Of a stretch of 64,000 bases of DNA, positions 19,343 to 27,579 are shown piece after piece. The notes under the pieces were generated by a model. It saw only the letters and a program-made list of their open reading frames with translations, made no database searches and was not told where the DNA came from. Positions within the stretch are counted from its first letter, which is position 1. Each line of letters begins with the position of its first letter. A program made the translations under genes and the position numbers. Source of the DNA: an uncultured Clostridia bacterium (GTDB lineage: Bacteria; Bacillota; Clostridia; Christensenellales; UBA1242); assembly GCA_934757855.1 (NCBI GenBank), contig CAKVLR010000002.1:93825-157824 (forward strand), written 5' to 3'.

Positions 19343-19633
19343 CTACACCTCCTTTTTGATTTGTTGCAAGATTTCAGCGCGCATTTTTTGCAATTCTTCA
19401 TCACTAAAATCGCGCAAATTATTCATATTCGTATCAAAACATCGTTCCAGCAAAGCGCGGGCAGCGTTTATATCAGGAGGAATATGTTTTTTTGTTACCT
19501 TTTTTTTGATTAATTTTAAATCTTCGCCCCCAGTACCCCCCGCATATTCCTCCACAACCTCATCGACCGTGTAGCCCATTGCTTTTTTCAATAAAGATTT
19601 TGCTAATTTTTCCGTTTCATTTTCGTTTTTCAA
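19343..19633 (-). CDS. Small phage-cluster protein, weakly TerS-like
   Basis: 96 aa. AMGYTVDEVVEE...KKVTKKHIPPDINAARALLE resembles the C-terminal pattern I recall from Firmicute-phage small terminases. It lies downstream of TerL rather than upstream. Confidence 0.35.
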   Translation of the reverse strand: MKNENETEKLAKSLLKKAMGYTVDEVVEEYAGGTGGEDLKLIKKKVTKKHIPPDINAARALLERCFDTNMNNLRDFSDEELQKMRAEILQQIKKEV

Positions 19634-19634
19634 C

Positions 19635-21083
19635 CTACCACCCCCTATTTAATAAATGCCTACGGTTTTTGGCAATTAATTTTTCTTTATGTTGCTGAAT
19701 TAATGTAGGTTGTGGTTTTGCTTCCATATGCGCATCGGGGCGCGACATAATGTAATATCGCAACTCGTCCATTGCGTGGTCATCTTTTTTAATCGGGACA
19801 TCTGCATTACCCCACCAATATCCCTTAATTTCGCGTATCATATTTACACAAGTAGAAAAAATAAACAATTTTGCTTCATTTTTTGCATTTTTTAGATAAC
19901 TTTTGACTCTTGATATGCCAGAAAACAAATCTTTATTAACATTCGTATTCACATTGATGCCGTAATCATAAAATAATTCACTTACGCTTTTTGGAGAGGC
20001 AAGCGTTTTTTGATTTGCAGCGGAGTCAATCAACGCATTGATTTTTCCATTGAAACCAACAGGCCAATTCAACTGCTTGCACTTTTCCAAAATGCAGTGT
20101 GCGTGGTGCTCAATAGTTTTTTTAGCCTCATAATGCTCAGCAATTACATAAACATTTCCATCATAATCGACTGCATACCAGTGAGCACTTAACGGATTGT
20201 GAAGCCCTGGGTCAATACTGATATTGTCATACCAATCTTGCGGAACACTAAAAGGCTCGATAATATGCGTATTTACATCAAATTCACTATAAACTAGTCC
20301 GCCTTTTGCACAAAATTTACCATAACGCCTACTTTCCAATTCATCTGGGCTTAAAGTTTTTGTCAACGCTTCAATTTCCTTTTTTGCCAAAAATGGATTA
20401 TCACCCCACTCCATTTCTTCACACCAAATTTCTTCATCGTTTGCTTCATTTAAGTAAATTTTGTCATATACCCAAGTTAAGCCTTTCAATGGAGTCATTG
20501 TGCCAAAAATTTCGCCTTGTTTATCCAAAACTCTCATTCGACACTCAGTATAAATATCAAACGGTGGTTCTTCATCAAACCATACCCAGTCAAGACTTGT
20601 TCCTTGAAATTTCTCTCTGCCTTGGTCGCAAGTCTTAAAGCCAATTTTGCTTGTCGTGCCAAAAATATTTTTAACCAAAATATAGTCAATCACGCCATTT
20701 TCTGCCGAGTCTTTTCTACCCGCAAGCATTACAATATCTGCAATCCAATCGGGATTTAAGTAATACAAAATTTTATTTTGCGCCACATCGCGCTGAACTT
20801 GCTGACTAAGGCTGACCACCCAGCCATCACGCGGTTTATTTTCTTTATATGGGTGAATACCTCGAGCGAGCCAAACCGCTTCTACAGCACCGCATTGAGA
20901 TTTTCCACTACGGTTTCCACCGAAAACCCAGCGGTTACGCTTCTTGTTTTTATGAAATAAAAGTTGCTTTTTATGAACAATTTTACCCGTGTTATATTTG
21001 GACAAATGGTCGTTTTCTGCCCTACGCTTCAATTCTTTATCAATCAAAATTATTTTATTAATTAAGTCATCGGTATCCATCAT
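19635..21083 (-). CDS. terL: Terminase large subunit
   Basis: 482 aa with Walker A GGNRSGKS, Walker B-like LDWVWFDEEP, and a C-terminal nuclease-type region with conserved acidic residues (IDPG..., DDHAMDELRY). Confidence 0.85.
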   Translation of the reverse strand: MMDTDDLINKIILIDKELKRRAENDHLSKYNTGKIVHKKQLLFHKNKKRNRWVFGGNRSGKSQCGAVEAVWLARGIHPYKENKPRDGWVVSLSQQVQRDVAQNKILYYLNPDWIADIVMLAGRKDSAENGVIDYILVKNIFGTTSKIGFKTCDQGREKFQGTSLDWVWFDEEPPFDIYTECRMRVLDKQGEIFGTMTPLKGLTWVYDKIYLNEANDEEIWCEEMEWGDNPFLAKKEIEALTKTLSPDELESRRYGKFCAKGGLVYSEFDVNTHIIEPFSVPQDWYDNISIDPGLHNPLSAHWYAVDYDGNVYVIAEHYEAKKTIEHHAHCILEKCKQLNWPVGFNGKINALIDSAANQKTLASPKSVSELFYDYGINVNTNVNKDLFSGISRVKSYLKNAKNEAKLFIFSTCVNMIREIKGYWWGNADVPIKKDDHAMDELRYYIMSRPDAHMEAKPQPTLIQQHKEKLIAKNRRHLLNRGW

Positions 21084-21204
21084 CTCTCCAAATCAACTAA
21101 AATTTATATTTTTCGCTAATTTATGGTTTAAAATTCATAAAAAAACCAATAATTGCATATGGAAATTTCTTCCTAATTTGGTAAAATACTACAAGGAGTC
21201 GGTT

Positions 21205-22020
21205 ATGCGTAAATATTTATACATTTTTAGTGTATTTTTATTCATTTTAAACTTTGTTTATTTTTGTAATATAATCCCCGCAACTGCTGATACGCCGACA
21301 TATTTTAGAATAAATAATGACTCGGTATATCTATATCGCACACCTGTTGCGGACACTGAAAACAACAACGCTTATTTTAAATTACCTAACACATATTTTG
21401 TAAAATTTAATAGCACATTTGATGAAAATTTTTTAAATGTGACTTATAGAGATTTTACTGGTTATGTATTAAAAAGTGATGTGGTGGCAGTATATTCTAT
21501 CCCTGAAATTCCATTTGAAACTAACAGAATTTTTAATATTCAAGGAGTAGCAAATTTGGTCATTCGCTCCGCCCCAAACACTCAAAGTGAATATCTAGGA
21601 ACTATTCCATTCAATGCAACTGACATAACTTATTTCGGCGAAATCGAAGGTGAACAAGCAAATCTAGCGTTATCAAATACTTGGTATTTTTGTCGTTACA
21701 AAAGTTTTGAGCAAGGAATAATTACTGGCTATATTTACGCACCACTTACAACAGGTTTAACAGAATTTGTACCGAACACCGAAGAAGTGCTTACCGAGCC
21801 AACTCAAAATGCAAACTCAAATTCGGTACTAGCACCCGAACTAAAAACTGGGTCAAATTTAATATTAATTTTATGCCTAACAGTGCCTGCAATTTTACTT
21901 TTAATTTTGGTATTTAGACCAGAAAAACGCAAAAAGAAGCGTGAAGCAACTCGTGCTATTGCAAACTTAAATCGCTTATCCTTACCAGACAAAAATGATA
22001 AAAATACATTCGATTTTTAA
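21205..22020 (+). CDS. Surface protein: signal peptide, 2 SH3b-like domains, C-terminal TM anchor and basic tail
   Basis: True start is the ATG at 21205 (AAGGAG RBS). The first 72 codons of the ORF-track ORF are antisense to terL. The C-terminus carries the hydrophobic stretch LILILCLTVPAILLLILVF followed by RPEKRKKKRE. Confidence 0.65.
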   Translation: MRKYLYIFSVFLFILNFVYFCNIIPATADTPTYFRINNDSVYLYRTPVADTENNNAYFKLPNTYFVKFNSTFDENFLNVTYRDFTGYVLKSDVVAVYSIPEIPFETNRIFNIQGVANLVIRSAPNTQSEYLGTIPFNATDITYFGEIEGEQANLALSNTWYFCRYKSFEQGIITGYIYAPLTTGLTEFVPNTEEVLTEPTQNANSNSVLAPELKTGSNLILILCLTVPAILLLILVFRPEKRKKKREATRAIANLNRLSLPDKNDKNTFDF

Positions 22021-22045
22021 ATTTTTGCGTATTATTGCCTTAAAT

Positions 22046-22092
22046 CTAGGTACTATGCAATGTACTATGCAGTATTTTTTAGATACTATGCA
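22046..22092. repeat. Three direct copies of the (G)GTACTATGCA subrepeat, overlapping the stop codon of the regulator gene
   Basis: Copies are GGTACTATGCA 22049-22059, GTACTATGCA 22062-22071 and ATACTATGCA 22083-22092. CTAGGTACTATGCA (22046-22059) is identical to 10961-10974. Confidence 0.9.
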
Positions 22093-22637
22093 CGCCCATA
22101 AACAGCACTCACCAAACGGTCTAGCCTACTCATTTTTGGTATTATGATAGGTCTTAGACCTTTTTCTATTCCGTGCATTTTTACCAAATAAGAATTGTAA
22201 ATTCCAACTATCCAGCCCTCATTTTCTAGCATTGTTTCTATGTCTTTATATGTGTAACCAAGATTGAAAATTTGCTCCATAATCCCCTGCAAAGCCTTAT
22301 TTATGTATCTATGAATCGTACGGCGATTTGTATGCATTTCCTCAGCCAAAGTTTGCGCATCAATTTTATCTATATAATATTTAACCAACAATGTGGCATC
22401 ATCTTGATTTGTATTTTTTATACTTTCTTCAATCAACAATTTAACTGAAAGCAATCTCTTTTTTCGTTGAATTAAATCAATAACTGCTTCCATATCTTCG
22501 ATAGTATTTGACTCACCTTGATATAGGTTTCCACTAAAACTAGACTTTTCCACCACAAGGCGGTCAATACTTTTTATTATCCTCCCTAGATATTTGTACG
22601 ACTCAAATAAAGTCTTTGCCCATAAAAGATTTTTCAT
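22086..22637 (-). CDS. Putative transcription regulator with a sigma-70 region-4-like HTH (phage late-activator-like)
   Basis: ATG at 22637 with a GGGAGG RBS 7 nt upstream. The HTH-like segment is TLAEEMHTNRRTIHRYINKALQGI. No region-2-like segment recognised. Confidence 0.4.
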   Translation of the reverse strand: MKNLLWAKTLFESYKYLGRIIKSIDRLVVEKSSFSGNLYQGESNTIEDMEAVIDLIQRKKRLLSVKLLIEESIKNTNQDDATLLVKYYIDKIDAQTLAEEMHTNRRTIHRYINKALQGIMEQIFNLGYTYKDIETMLENEGWIVGIYNSYLVKMHGIEKGLRPIIIPKMSRLDRLVSAVYGRA

Positions 22638-22892
22638 TTTTTTACCTCCCAATCGCTTCGACAAAATTTGACAAATTTCGCCAATTTTTGCCCTTACGAA
22701 AACTACTATATATTACGATTGTTCGATTTGTCAATATGTTGTGACAGGTTTTTTGAATATTTTTGAAAATTTTTGTAAATTATTCAAAAATCATTCCTTT
22801 TTGTTATTATCGAACTTATGTTCTAGTATAATTATAAATTCTTGACACCTAGCGTACATATTTACAAATTAATAAAAAATTCTTTTATTTTG

Positions 22893-22922
22893 TTGCTGAA
22901 TTTTGTATAAATATGCTATAAT
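22893..22922 (+). promoter_or_regulatory. Extended -10 promoter for 22956-24707
   Basis: TTGCTG (22893-22898), an 18-nt spacer, then TGcTATAAT (-10 hexamer at 22917-22922). Confidence 0.55.
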
Positions 22923-22955
22923 ATTAGTTGATAAGGAAAAATTAAGGAGAAAAAT

Positions 22956-24707
22956 ATGCGTATGAAAAAATTTATATTTACATTTGCGTTAGTTTTTTGC
23001 GTTTGCTGTTGCGCACTATTTATGGACCAAACAGCATTTGCAGATAGTTTTTCATACACAAATAATAAAATAGAACTTCAAATTGAAAATCAGCCCCCTA
23101 TCTCGATAAATGACATTGCTTATTTTGATAATCAATTTTTTATAACCGATGCAAGCAGTAATCAAATTTTTAAACACACAAACAACACAACTACTTCAAT
23201 ATATCAAAACGAAAATTTTACACCTAGTGAAATTTGTGCAAATAAAGACTTCATCGCTTTTATTACTACAACAGACTACGGAGTTTATATTTTAAAAAAT
23301 GCCTCAACGACCGCACAAAAAATTGATGTTTACAAAAAAAATGAAACTACTGAGTTGTTCCCCCGTATTGTTCGCATTGGTTGCAGTGCTACTGGTGAGA
23401 TTTTTACGATTAGCGAAAATTTTATCGCAAAGATTAACGGCGAAACGCTAGAATACTTTTGCCCACTAAATTTTGAGGGGACTGACCTTGCTTTTACAAA
23501 TGGCGGTTTTTATATCAATGAAGATGCAACAAGCATTTATTTTAGCATTGAAAATAATGTTTACACACTAGACACAACCACAAAAACTATTGCTCTAGCC
23601 GATTTCAATATCCCTAGTGAAACCGCAAATATTAGCGAATTAGCCATTGATAATATCGGCAATCTTTTCGCTTTTGCGAATAGTTCTATCGTTAAATGCA
23701 GTACGGAAAGCAATCAAACACTAAATTTTAATGAAAGTTTTACAGGAATGTCACTTGATTTTGTCAATGGTAAAATATTTGTTTTTGATGCAAACAACCT
23801 TTATGAAAGTACCGTAAACGAGCCCAATTTTATCACTACTTATAACAATCAGTCTGCCCCTATTGAACTACAAAATATTGAGCCTAGCGTAACTGGGGCT
23901 ACAATTTTGGAAGTTATCACCGATACTCATTTGTATTCGTTCCGCAGTTTATATACCGCTATTGCAGATTATAGAGCGGGCAAAAAACTGATTTTGCTCG
24001 ATGATAATGATAGCAAATTTTATTATGTTTATGATAGCAATACTGGACAAAACGCTGGCTACCTTTTGGGCTACATATTAAAGGAAACTTGCACGCAAGC
24101 CAGTGCATTTTCACCTGAATTTACACAAGCAAAAGTAATTGTAGCAAAATCAAAAATATACACATTGCCAACAAGCGTAAAAATTAACGCTAACACTTTT
24201 GCGCCTATCGTATCGAAAGTTGCGCGCGGTGAAATTTTGACACTTGCCGACTCGCCCGCACTTCCTATTGATAGCAACGGTACTGAATTTTTAGCGGTCA
24301 AATTTACTCAAAATGAAATCGAATATATCGGCTATATTGACAGCAGAACGGTCATAAATTTAGCACTAGATAACGCAATAGACAATATTACTGTTAGCAA
24401 CGCTAGTACGCGTGCAGATGTGGTCGTGTACAGTGATATTTCGTTGGAAAATGAAATTGAAACTATCAAAAAAGGCACTAATATCACTGTTTTAGAAAGC
24501 AAAAATGGGGTTTGCAAAATTGAATACTTAGATAATGGTACGATTAAAACTGGCTACATTCACCAAAGTTTTGTGAATGACGGTAGCCTAACTCTTACGC
24601 AAATAATTGGCATTTGTTTGATGATTGTGTCACTTATAATTGCGGTAATAATTGCCATTTGCTTGTGTAAAAATCGCAAAAAGAACAACAACAAACCTAT
24701 TGAATAG
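22956..24707 (+). CDS. Surface protein: signal peptide, large beta-rich ectodomain, 2 SH3b-like domains, C-terminal TM anchor and basic tail
   Basis: 583 aa with an AAGGAG RBS and the N-terminal signal MKKFIFTFALVFCVCCCALF. The C-terminus has IGICLMIVSLIIAVIIAICL followed by CKNRKKNNNK. The architecture matches 21205-22020. Confidence 0.7.
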   Translation: MRMKKFIFTFALVFCVCCCALFMDQTAFADSFSYTNNKIELQIENQPPISINDIAYFDNQFFITDASSNQIFKHTNNTTTSIYQNENFTPSEICANKDFIAFITTTDYGVYILKNASTTAQKIDVYKKNETTELFPRIVRIGCSATGEIFTISENFIAKINGETLEYFCPLNFEGTDLAFTNGGFYINEDATSIYFSIENNVYTLDTTTKTIALADFNIPSETANISELAIDNIGNLFAFANSSIVKCSTESNQTLNFNESFTGMSLDFVNGKIFVFDANNLYESTVNEPNFITTYNNQSAPIELQNIEPSVTGATILEVITDTHLYSFRSLYTAIADYRAGKKLILLDDNDSKFYYVYDSNTGQNAGYLLGYILKETCTQASAFSPEFTQAKVIVAKSKIYTLPTSVKINANTFAPIVSKVARGEILTLADSPALPIDSNGTEFLAVKFTQNEIEYIGYIDSRTVINLALDNAIDNITVSNASTRADVVVYSDISLENEIETIKKGTNITVLESKNGVCKIEYLDNGTIKTGYIHQSFVNDGSLTLTQIIGICLMIVSLIIAVIIAICLCKNRKKNNNKPIE

Positions 24708-24793
24708 ATTTTAAATAGTTGCAAAAATTTGATATAAATTGACTTGTGTTAACTAAATTTATTGATAGATTTTTATATTAAAAAAATTATAAA

Positions 24794-24838
24794 AAAAGAG
24801 CATATTGACTTCGATTTTCAATATACTCTTTTCTTTTT
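24794..24838. terminator. Bidirectional intrinsic terminator between convergent genes
   Basis: AAGAGCATATTGA ... TCAATATACTCTT hairpin with one mismatch, flanked by an A-run and a T-run. Confidence 0.65.
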
Positions 24839-24917
24839 ATTGTTGCTAATTAATTAAACAATGCAAAATTTTGCAACTTTTTTGGTTTTGTATGATTTTT
24901 ACACTATTATTTTTGAC

Positions 24918-26738
24918 TTACTGCCCCATTTCGCGCTCTTCACTTGCGGTTGTGGCGGTAGGTTGTTCTGTATAGGTTTGCGTGATATTGTTATTTATAT
25001 TTGTGAAAGTGTAAGCCCCGTTCTCTTGTTGTTCTTGTGGTTGCTCGTTTTGAGGAACCTCAACTTTTTGTGGCAATCCAGTAATTGCGGTTATACCGTT
25101 ATCATCTTTTAAAACTGGATGCTTTGCCTCAAATTCCTCTACTGTGCCTATAAATACACCATTATTTTCATCTTGATTATCATTACCCCACTCCCCAGAC
25201 TCCCCCAAAGACTGTTTAGGCTGTGGATTATTATTTTCATCAACTTGTGGAGTTTGAGGTTCTACATTTTCAACCTCATTTTCACGCTCAGTTACATTAG
25301 TTGGAGTACTTGTTTCATTTGTAGGAGTTTCGCCCACTGGTTGTTCCTTGGTATTAATTTGTTCATCTTCTGCACTAGGTTGCACAGGAGTTTCAGGTTG
25401 CATTTCTTCACCTTGTTGGTTTTGTTGAGCAAGTTCTTCTGCTTCATATTGCCCTTCTCTAATCGTTTCATCAACCATATTGAAATGGGCGTTAAGGCTT
25501 TTACCCAAATTCCTATCCTCTGCTTCCTTTTGCGCAAGTTCTTCGGCTTTCTTTTGAGCAAGTTCTTTCGCTTGCTTAATTCGATTGAAATCAGCGGTAA
25601 ATTGCTTTATCTCCAAAACATTGATTTCCAGTGGTTCGTGGTTTGCTCCAAAATGAATTTTTATTGAGTCCTCTTTGCCTCTATTGAAAGTATTTAGACT
25701 TGCCAAAGACACTTTTTCTGGCTCAATTTCAATTCCTCTTTTGTGTAGATAAGCCACAAAAGCCTCAGGGGTTACTTGCACTTGCGCAACTAAATCATTT
25801 TCTTTTTGATTTTTCCATGCTTCGTATTGAGCGTTATCAAGCACGGTAAACTTGCCTTTTTCTACCTCAATATGATGCCTACCATTATATTGAATATGGC
25901 GCAAACCATCAATAGTTGTATCCATACCCTCAAAATATTTACCACGCAAAGGCTTGTTTAATCCATCAATGTAAATTTTACTGTGCCAGTTTCTCCAACG
26001 AGCGCCAATTTTCATCTTGCCGTCTTTTTTGTAATCATAATTTGGAGAGCCAAACGGGTTGCCATTGATTTGGCGAACAGAATCACCAATTTCCAACTTC
26101 TTAATTTTTTTACAGCAACCAAACGCACCCGCGCCAATCACTTCAAGATTTTTAGGCAAACCAAATTTGCCACGCCCGCCGAATATTGCTTTATTTTGGT
26201 CAACCAAGCGTTTGCACCCGTCAAACGCGTTGTCACCGATTACACGAATATTGCTATTTTCGCTAAAATTTAAGTGTCGCAAGTGACTACAATCAGCAAA
26301 AGCGCCATTTTCGATAAACATAAGATTATCTAACGCTGGAATTTCGCGAAGGTTTGTATTTGCGAAAGCATTTTCACGAATTGCGGTAAGTTTTTGCATA
26401 TTTTTGAAATTATCAAACAAGCGCAATTTTGTACATTCTGCGAACGCGCCCTCTGGAATTTCAGTCAAATTTTCAGACAAGCGCAAAGTCCTCAAATGTC
26501 TTGCACCGTTTGCAAAATCTTTGCCTATGCGCGCTACATTGTTGCCCATTCTTAATTGAAATAAAAATCTTTTTTCTTCGTTAGTTAAAGTTGCATCGTA
26601 ATTTTCAATTTTGTCACCGATTTGCAAGGTATTTAACTCGCCTAGCACCCAAGTACCCATACTCCCCATAAAGCCTAGACCTTGCATAATTTGATTTCTT
26701 AATTTTAATTGACTATTTAATTCTGGTTCTTTTGGCAT
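24918..26738 (-). CDS. BspA-type leucine-rich-repeat protein with a Q/E/P-rich C-terminal region
   Basis: LRR_5-like repeats, e.g. LTEIPEGAFAECTKL, IRENAFANTNL, IENGAFADCSHL, IGDNAFDGCKRL and IGAGAFGCCKKI. I prefer the ATG at 26738 (AGGAAG/GGGAG upstream) to the TTG at 26777. No signal peptide is evident. Confidence 0.7.
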   Translation of the reverse strand: MPKEPELNSQLKLRNQIMQGLGFMGSMGTWVLGELNTLQIGDKIENYDATLTNEEKRFLFQLRMGNNVARIGKDFANGARHLRTLRLSENLTEIPEGAFAECTKLRLFDNFKNMQKLTAIRENAFANTNLREIPALDNLMFIENGAFADCSHLRHLNFSENSNIRVIGDNAFDGCKRLVDQNKAIFGGRGKFGLPKNLEVIGAGAFGCCKKIKKLEIGDSVRQINGNPFGSPNYDYKKDGKMKIGARWRNWHSKIYIDGLNKPLRGKYFEGMDTTIDGLRHIQYNGRHHIEVEKGKFTVLDNAQYEAWKNQKENDLVAQVQVTPEAFVAYLHKRGIEIEPEKVSLASLNTFNRGKEDSIKIHFGANHEPLEINVLEIKQFTADFNRIKQAKELAQKKAEELAQKEAEDRNLGKSLNAHFNMVDETIREGQYEAEELAQQNQQGEEMQPETPVQPSAEDEQINTKEQPVGETPTNETSTPTNVTERENEVENVEPQTPQVDENNNPQPKQSLGESGEWGNDNQDENNGVFIGTVEEFEAKHPVLKDDNGITAITGLPQKVEVPQNEQPQEQQENGAYTFTNINNNITQTYTEQPTATTASEEREMGQ

Positions 26739-26865
26739 ACTCCCACTTCCTATGTTTTTATAGTTATATTGTACCAAAATATCAAAAAAATGTCACTTGA
26801 ATTTAAGTTAAAAACAAAAAAGCCACCAAAAATTTACTTTTTAACGGCTTTTTATTAAAAAATAG

Positions 26866-27540
26866 TTAGTTTGTAGCGGTTTCTGCTATTGAATTAATTT
26901 CTTGCTCTTTTAAAATATATTGCAAATTATCTTGTTCGGAAACCTTGCTAACTGACACTTCATACGCAACACGCTCCTCTATATTGTCATCATCAATACG
27001 CTTTTGATAAACGCGACTTTGTATTCTACCTGTTAGATAAACCTTGTCGCCCACGCTCATACCACTCACGAAACGCGCATTTCTACCCCACGCAATGCAA
27101 GGCAAATAATCTGATTTGTTGTAGGCACGATTTACCGCAATCAACACATCACAAATTTCGCGCTTAAATGGCGTCGTCCTATATATAGGGTCTTTACATA
27201 CATAGCCCGCAAGTTCTATGATATTGCAGTTGAAATTTGGTTTTGGCTCTAACAACTCGCGCACAAACACGGTAAGCATCAACTTACTTTTGCCATCTAC
27301 AAATTTGTTGTAACTGCGAAATTGCCCGTTTACTGCCAAAGTATTACCTAAGTGTAAATCATAATCCTTGAAAAGCCTTTCCGAAATAGTGATAGGAATT
27401 ATATCAAATTGCTCCGATAATCTGCTCACTTGTAAATTAATATCATAAAATCCTTCACCATATACTTCGTGGCTAAACACTGGCTCGCTGGCAATTTTTC
27501 CGCATAAATACACGCGGTTGTTGTTAAATTCAAAACTCAT
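26866..27540 (-). CDS. SSB-like protein with two tandem OB-fold-like halves
   Basis: 224 aa. Both halves begin with an SSB-like pattern (VYLCGKIASEPVFSHE... and IELAGYVCKDPIYRTT...), and the C-terminal half ends like the SSB OB core (GDKVYLTGRIQSRVYQ). Family assigned from recall. Confidence 0.5.
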   Translation of the reverse strand: MSFEFNNNRVYLCGKIASEPVFSHEVYGEGFYDINLQVSRLSEQFDIIPITISERLFKDYDLHLGNTLAVNGQFRSYNKFVDGKSKLMLTVFVRELLEPKPNFNCNIIELAGYVCKDPIYRTTPFKREICDVLIAVNRAYNKSDYLPCIAWGRNARFVSGMSVGDKVYLTGRIQSRVYQKRIDDDNIEERVAYEVSVSKVSEQDNLQYILKEQEINSIAETATN

Positions 27541-27579
27541 AATTATCTCCTGTTTCTTGTTAATTTATTTTGCCTAAAA

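Larger units (their letters stand above)
9486..21083 (-). mobile_element. Phage-derived morphogenesis/packaging cluster (prophage remnant or domesticated particle locus), 12 co-directional ORFs
   Basis: Tightly packed TerL, TerS-like ORF, portal, scaffold, two capsid paralogs, post-capsid ORFs and holin, all on the minus strand and flanked by housekeeping genes. No integrase, replication or repressor gene seen. Confidence 0.75.

Noticed and set aside
20989-21204. N-terminal 72 codons of the 343-aa ORF-track ORF
   Set aside because: They are antisense to the 5' end of terL and to the intergenic region. A strong RBS and signal peptide begin at 21205.
25119-25667. 182-aa plus-strand ORF
   Set aside because: It is antisense to the low-complexity tail of the LRR gene, with a hydrophobic junk-like composition and no RBS.
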